From Promethearchaeota archaeon (GTDB taxonomy: Archaea; Asgardarchaeota; Lokiarchaeia; Sigyniarchaeales; SOKP01), in the NCBI GenBank assembly GCA_016840165.1, contig JAEOSU010000050.1:1-64000 (forward strand): a stretch of 64,000 bases of DNA, given 5' to 3'. The translations under genes were made by a program, and so were the position numbers. The notes under the pieces are model-generated. The model did no database searches and had not been told where the DNA came from. It saw nothing but the letters and a program-made list of their open reading frames with translations. Below are positions 61,301-64,000 of this stretch, piece after piece; positions within the stretch are counted from its first letter, which is position 1; every line of letters starts with the position of its first letter.

Positions 61301-63253
61301 ATGGAAAATAATACCCAGCATCGGATTGGATACTATGCTTGTCAATGAGGTATAAATATACGGGGAAAAGTAGATTGTAATAAACTAGTTGAGTATGCTA
61401 AAACTTTCGATGACGTCGTGGTTGCAAAAACTAACGCATTTCTCTGTACTGAAAGTGGTCAAAACGAGATCATACAAGATATCCGAGAAAAGAAATTAAC
61501 CCGGATCGTCGCTTCTGCATGAACTCCTCGAACGCATGAACCCATATATCGTGCATCTATATCGGAAACTGATCTAAGTCCCTATTATTTTCAGATGGTC
61601 AATGTGCGAGAGCACTGCAGTTGGTGTACAGCCGACAATGAAGAAGCTACGGAAAAAGCTAAAATCTTAGTAAAAAGTGGAATCGAACGAGCAAAAACCT
61701 TAGAGATCATACCAATCAAAACGGTTCAAGTAGAGAAAGCATGCCTAGTAATTGGTGGAGGTATTGCAGGTATGAATGCTGCCTTGGACTTAGCGAATCA
61801 AGGGATAAAAGTCTACTTAGTAGATAAAAATACAACGATTGGAGGAAGAATGGCCCAACTCGATCGGACATTCCCAACAGACGATTGTAGCATTTGAATT
61901 TGTGGTCCAAAAATGCTTGAAGTCAATCGTCATGAAAATATTGAACTTTTAAGCTATAGTTTAGTTACCAAAGTGGAGGGGCATGTCGGAAATTATCAAA
62001 TTACTGTGGAAAAACAACCAAGATTCATTAACGCTGATTGCAATGGATGTGGTTCCTGCTCAGAAGTTTGTCCAGTATTTACCACTAACTATTTCGATGA
62101 ACATTTAGGACCAAGAAAAGCAATTGACATTGCATTCGGTCAAGCTGTACCATTTTTATATGATGTCGATAGAGAACATTGCGTTGAATGTTTTAGCTGT
62201 GTGGATGCGTGTGAATTAAATGCGATTGATTTTAGTCAATTACCCGAAGAGGTGACTTTCACAGTAGGCTCAATTATTATAGCCACAGGATGGGATATTT
62301 ATGAACCCTTTGGAGAGTACGGATACGGTGAGTACGAAAACGTAATTAACCAAGCGCAGCTTGAAAGAATGCTCGCACCAAACGGCCCTCTAGAAGGACA
62401 TATTGCTCGCCCATCGGATCTAAAAAAACCAAAAGAGATCGTCTTTATTCAGTGTGTTGGTTCTCGCGATACGGAACGAACGTACTGTAGTGGTGTTTGT
62501 TGTATGTTAGCTCTTAAGAATGCTAAATTACTCAAAGAAGAGATACCAGATGCGCGTATAACTATCTGTTATATTGATATCAGAACCAATGAAAAAGGAT
62601 TTGAAGAATACTACCAAAGAGCTAAAGATTCGGATATCAGAATGATCCGTGGTAAAGTAGGGGAGATTTCTGAAAATCCCGAGACCAAAAATGTAGATAT
62701 ACGGGTATATTCTTCTTTAACTGATGAAATTATTAAAATTGATGCCGATTTAGTGGTACTATCCACGGCAGCACTTCCTTCTAGTGGAACGGAACAGATT
62801 GCGAAAGTAATGAATTTGGACGTCGATACAAATGGATTTCTAACTGAATCTCATTTTGGACTGATGCCCCAGGAAACAAAGACAAAAGGAATATTTATAG
62901 CAGGATTTGCTCAAGGCCCAAAAGATATTGCTTATTCAGTCTCTCAAGCCAGAGCTGCTGCTAGTAAAGTGGCTGAACTTACATCTGCAGGTGAGATAGA
63001 TCTTGAATTAGTTATTGCAGAAGTTAGCCCTGAATTATGTATTTCCTGTGGTCGCTGTGAAAAGGAATGTCCGAAAGGTGCCATAACGATTCATGATAAT
63101 AAAGCGATAGTTGATGAAATTAATTGCGATGGATGCGGAATCTGTTGTACTTGCTGTCCGACTCAAGCAATTGATATCAAATATTATCGCGATCAACAAT
63201 TATATGCTGAAATCAAAGCACTTATACAAGGGGAGGTTGAAAATGGAATATAA
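61301..63253 (+). CDS. hdrA: heterodisulfide reductase subunit A, selenoprotein with 3 Sec (650 aa)
   Basis: One frame from ATG 61301 with TGA at 61346 (CQUG), 61520 (SAUTP) and 61895 (DCSIUI), each at a conserved HdrA Cys; joins track ORFs 61595..61897 and 61913..63253. Confidence 0.92.
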
Positions 63254-63689
63254 ATATAGAATTATCATGTTTGCGTGCTTGAAATGAGGATATGGAGCTG
63301 CAGATTTAGCGGGTGTTTCTCGATTAAAATATACTCCCTCTGTAAAAATAATTAAAGTCCGCTGTACAGGAAGAGTTGATGTAAAATTAATCTTATTTGC
63401 AATAAAATCAGGAGCGGACGGTGTCATGGTAGTTGGATGAAGACCAGATGAGTGCCAGTTTAAAACGGGAAATTTTACCGCACAGAAACATGTAGACTTT
63501 GCGAATCGAATTCTTCAAAATCGAGGTTTTGGCAATCAACGAGTAAATATGTATTGGTGCAGTAGTGCAGAAGGAGAAAAACTAGTAAAAAGTGTAGAAG
63601 ATGCCTATGAAAAAGTTCAGAGAATTGGCCCCAATCCGATTAATTTGGTTGAAAGTAAAAAAGAATTATTATCAGCTCCAGTTGAATGA
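63243..63689 (+). CDS. mvhD: VhuD/MvhD [2Fe-2S] hydrogenase delta subunit, selenoprotein with 2 Sec (148 aa)
   Basis: Not in ORF track: FACLKUGYGAADLAG..VRCTGRVD..GADGVMVVGURPDEC..SSAEG; TGA at 63285 and 63438; overlaps the hdrA 3' end. Confidence 0.92.
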
Positions 63690-63724
63690 TTCTTATAAAA
63701 AAATTATGGTTATAAGATAACACT
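63680..63724 (+). promoter_or_regulatory. candidate SECIS-like hairpin overlapping the vhuD stop
   Basis: AUGA-U, stem UCUUAUAA/UUAUAAGA, A-rich loop; the 3' core has AA rather than GA. Confidence 0.4.
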
Positions 63725-63802
63725 CCTGGCTCAGGAGGGAGCTTTATGCAAAAGAAATTAAAAATTAGATTTTTTAAGAAAATTATATGAATTGAAGACT
63801 CA

Positions 63803-64000
63803 ATGGTTCAAACTGCAAATAATAAGTTATTTGAAGGGTTATCTCCAAAAGAAATGATAGAAGCAACTTATGAAGCTTCAAAGAACTTTCAGATACGAGC
63901 CTTTTACGAGGCTAAAGATGAAATTATTGACACGGGAAAGTACACCGAACAAGAATTCTTTGAAATTTTAGATGTCATGATTGATGATGAAACGGAGCGA
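63803..64000 (+). CDS. N-terminal part of a downstream ORF (runs off window), resembling the helical extension of long MvhD-like proteins
   Basis: MVQTANNKLFEGLSPKEMIEATYEASKNFQIRAFYEAKDEIIDTGKYTEQEFFEILDVMIDDETER, open for 66 codons. Confidence 0.65.
   Translation, partial: MVQTANNKLFEGLSPKEMIEATYEASKNFQIRAFYEAKDEIIDTGKYTEQEFFEILDVMIDDETER

Noticed and set aside
63200-63427. 75-aa - strand ORF
   Set aside because: Antisense shadow of vhuD/mvhD
61301-63689. hdrA/mvhD as pseudogenes, or genome-wide UGA reassignment
   Set aside because: All five internal stops are UGA at conserved Cys positions with no frameshifts, and UGA terminates other genes
63785-63815. Second AUGA hairpin as SECIS
   Set aside because: Short stem, no 3' GA, and it overlaps the next start codon

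Overview
AT-rich (roughly 30% GC) archaeal chromosomal segment, most likely Lokiarchaeia (Asgard). The assignment rests on a Loki-type profilin, Rag-like, Rab-like and MglA-like small GTPases, a TPR-longin protein, an arrestin-fold protein, surface proteins with a C-terminal PGF/Loki-type anchor and archaeal uL16 (rpl10e). Housekeeping and metabolic genes include dnaK/dnaJ with a divergent grpE, a B12 acyl-CoA mutase operon, ADP-forming acyl-CoA synthetase alpha homologues, a FrhB-family protein, a sulfatase and a radical SAM enzyme. Highlights: (1) 1847-6762 holds two tandem paralogues that by eye read as helix-hairpin-helix + BRO1-like + ESCRT-I steadiness-box-like fusions. They flank a 2-TM tandem winged-helix protein and share a 26/30-nt promoter copy, making a candidate DNA-membrane ESCRT adaptor system. 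(2) The ORF track misses an hdrA-vhuD/mvhD selenoprotein pair with five in-frame UGAs at conserved Cys positions, and a SECIS-like hairpin overlaps the vhuD stop. (3) Smaller items: four TTCA-N7-TGAA operators, an isobutyryl-CoA-mutase signature, a domain shared by the arrestin-like and FrhB proteins, a His-less ACD, a non-AUG start and unannotated small ORFs. No tRNA, rRNA, CRISPR array or mobile element was seen. All homology calls are by-eye comparisons with remembered family motifs; no searches were run.
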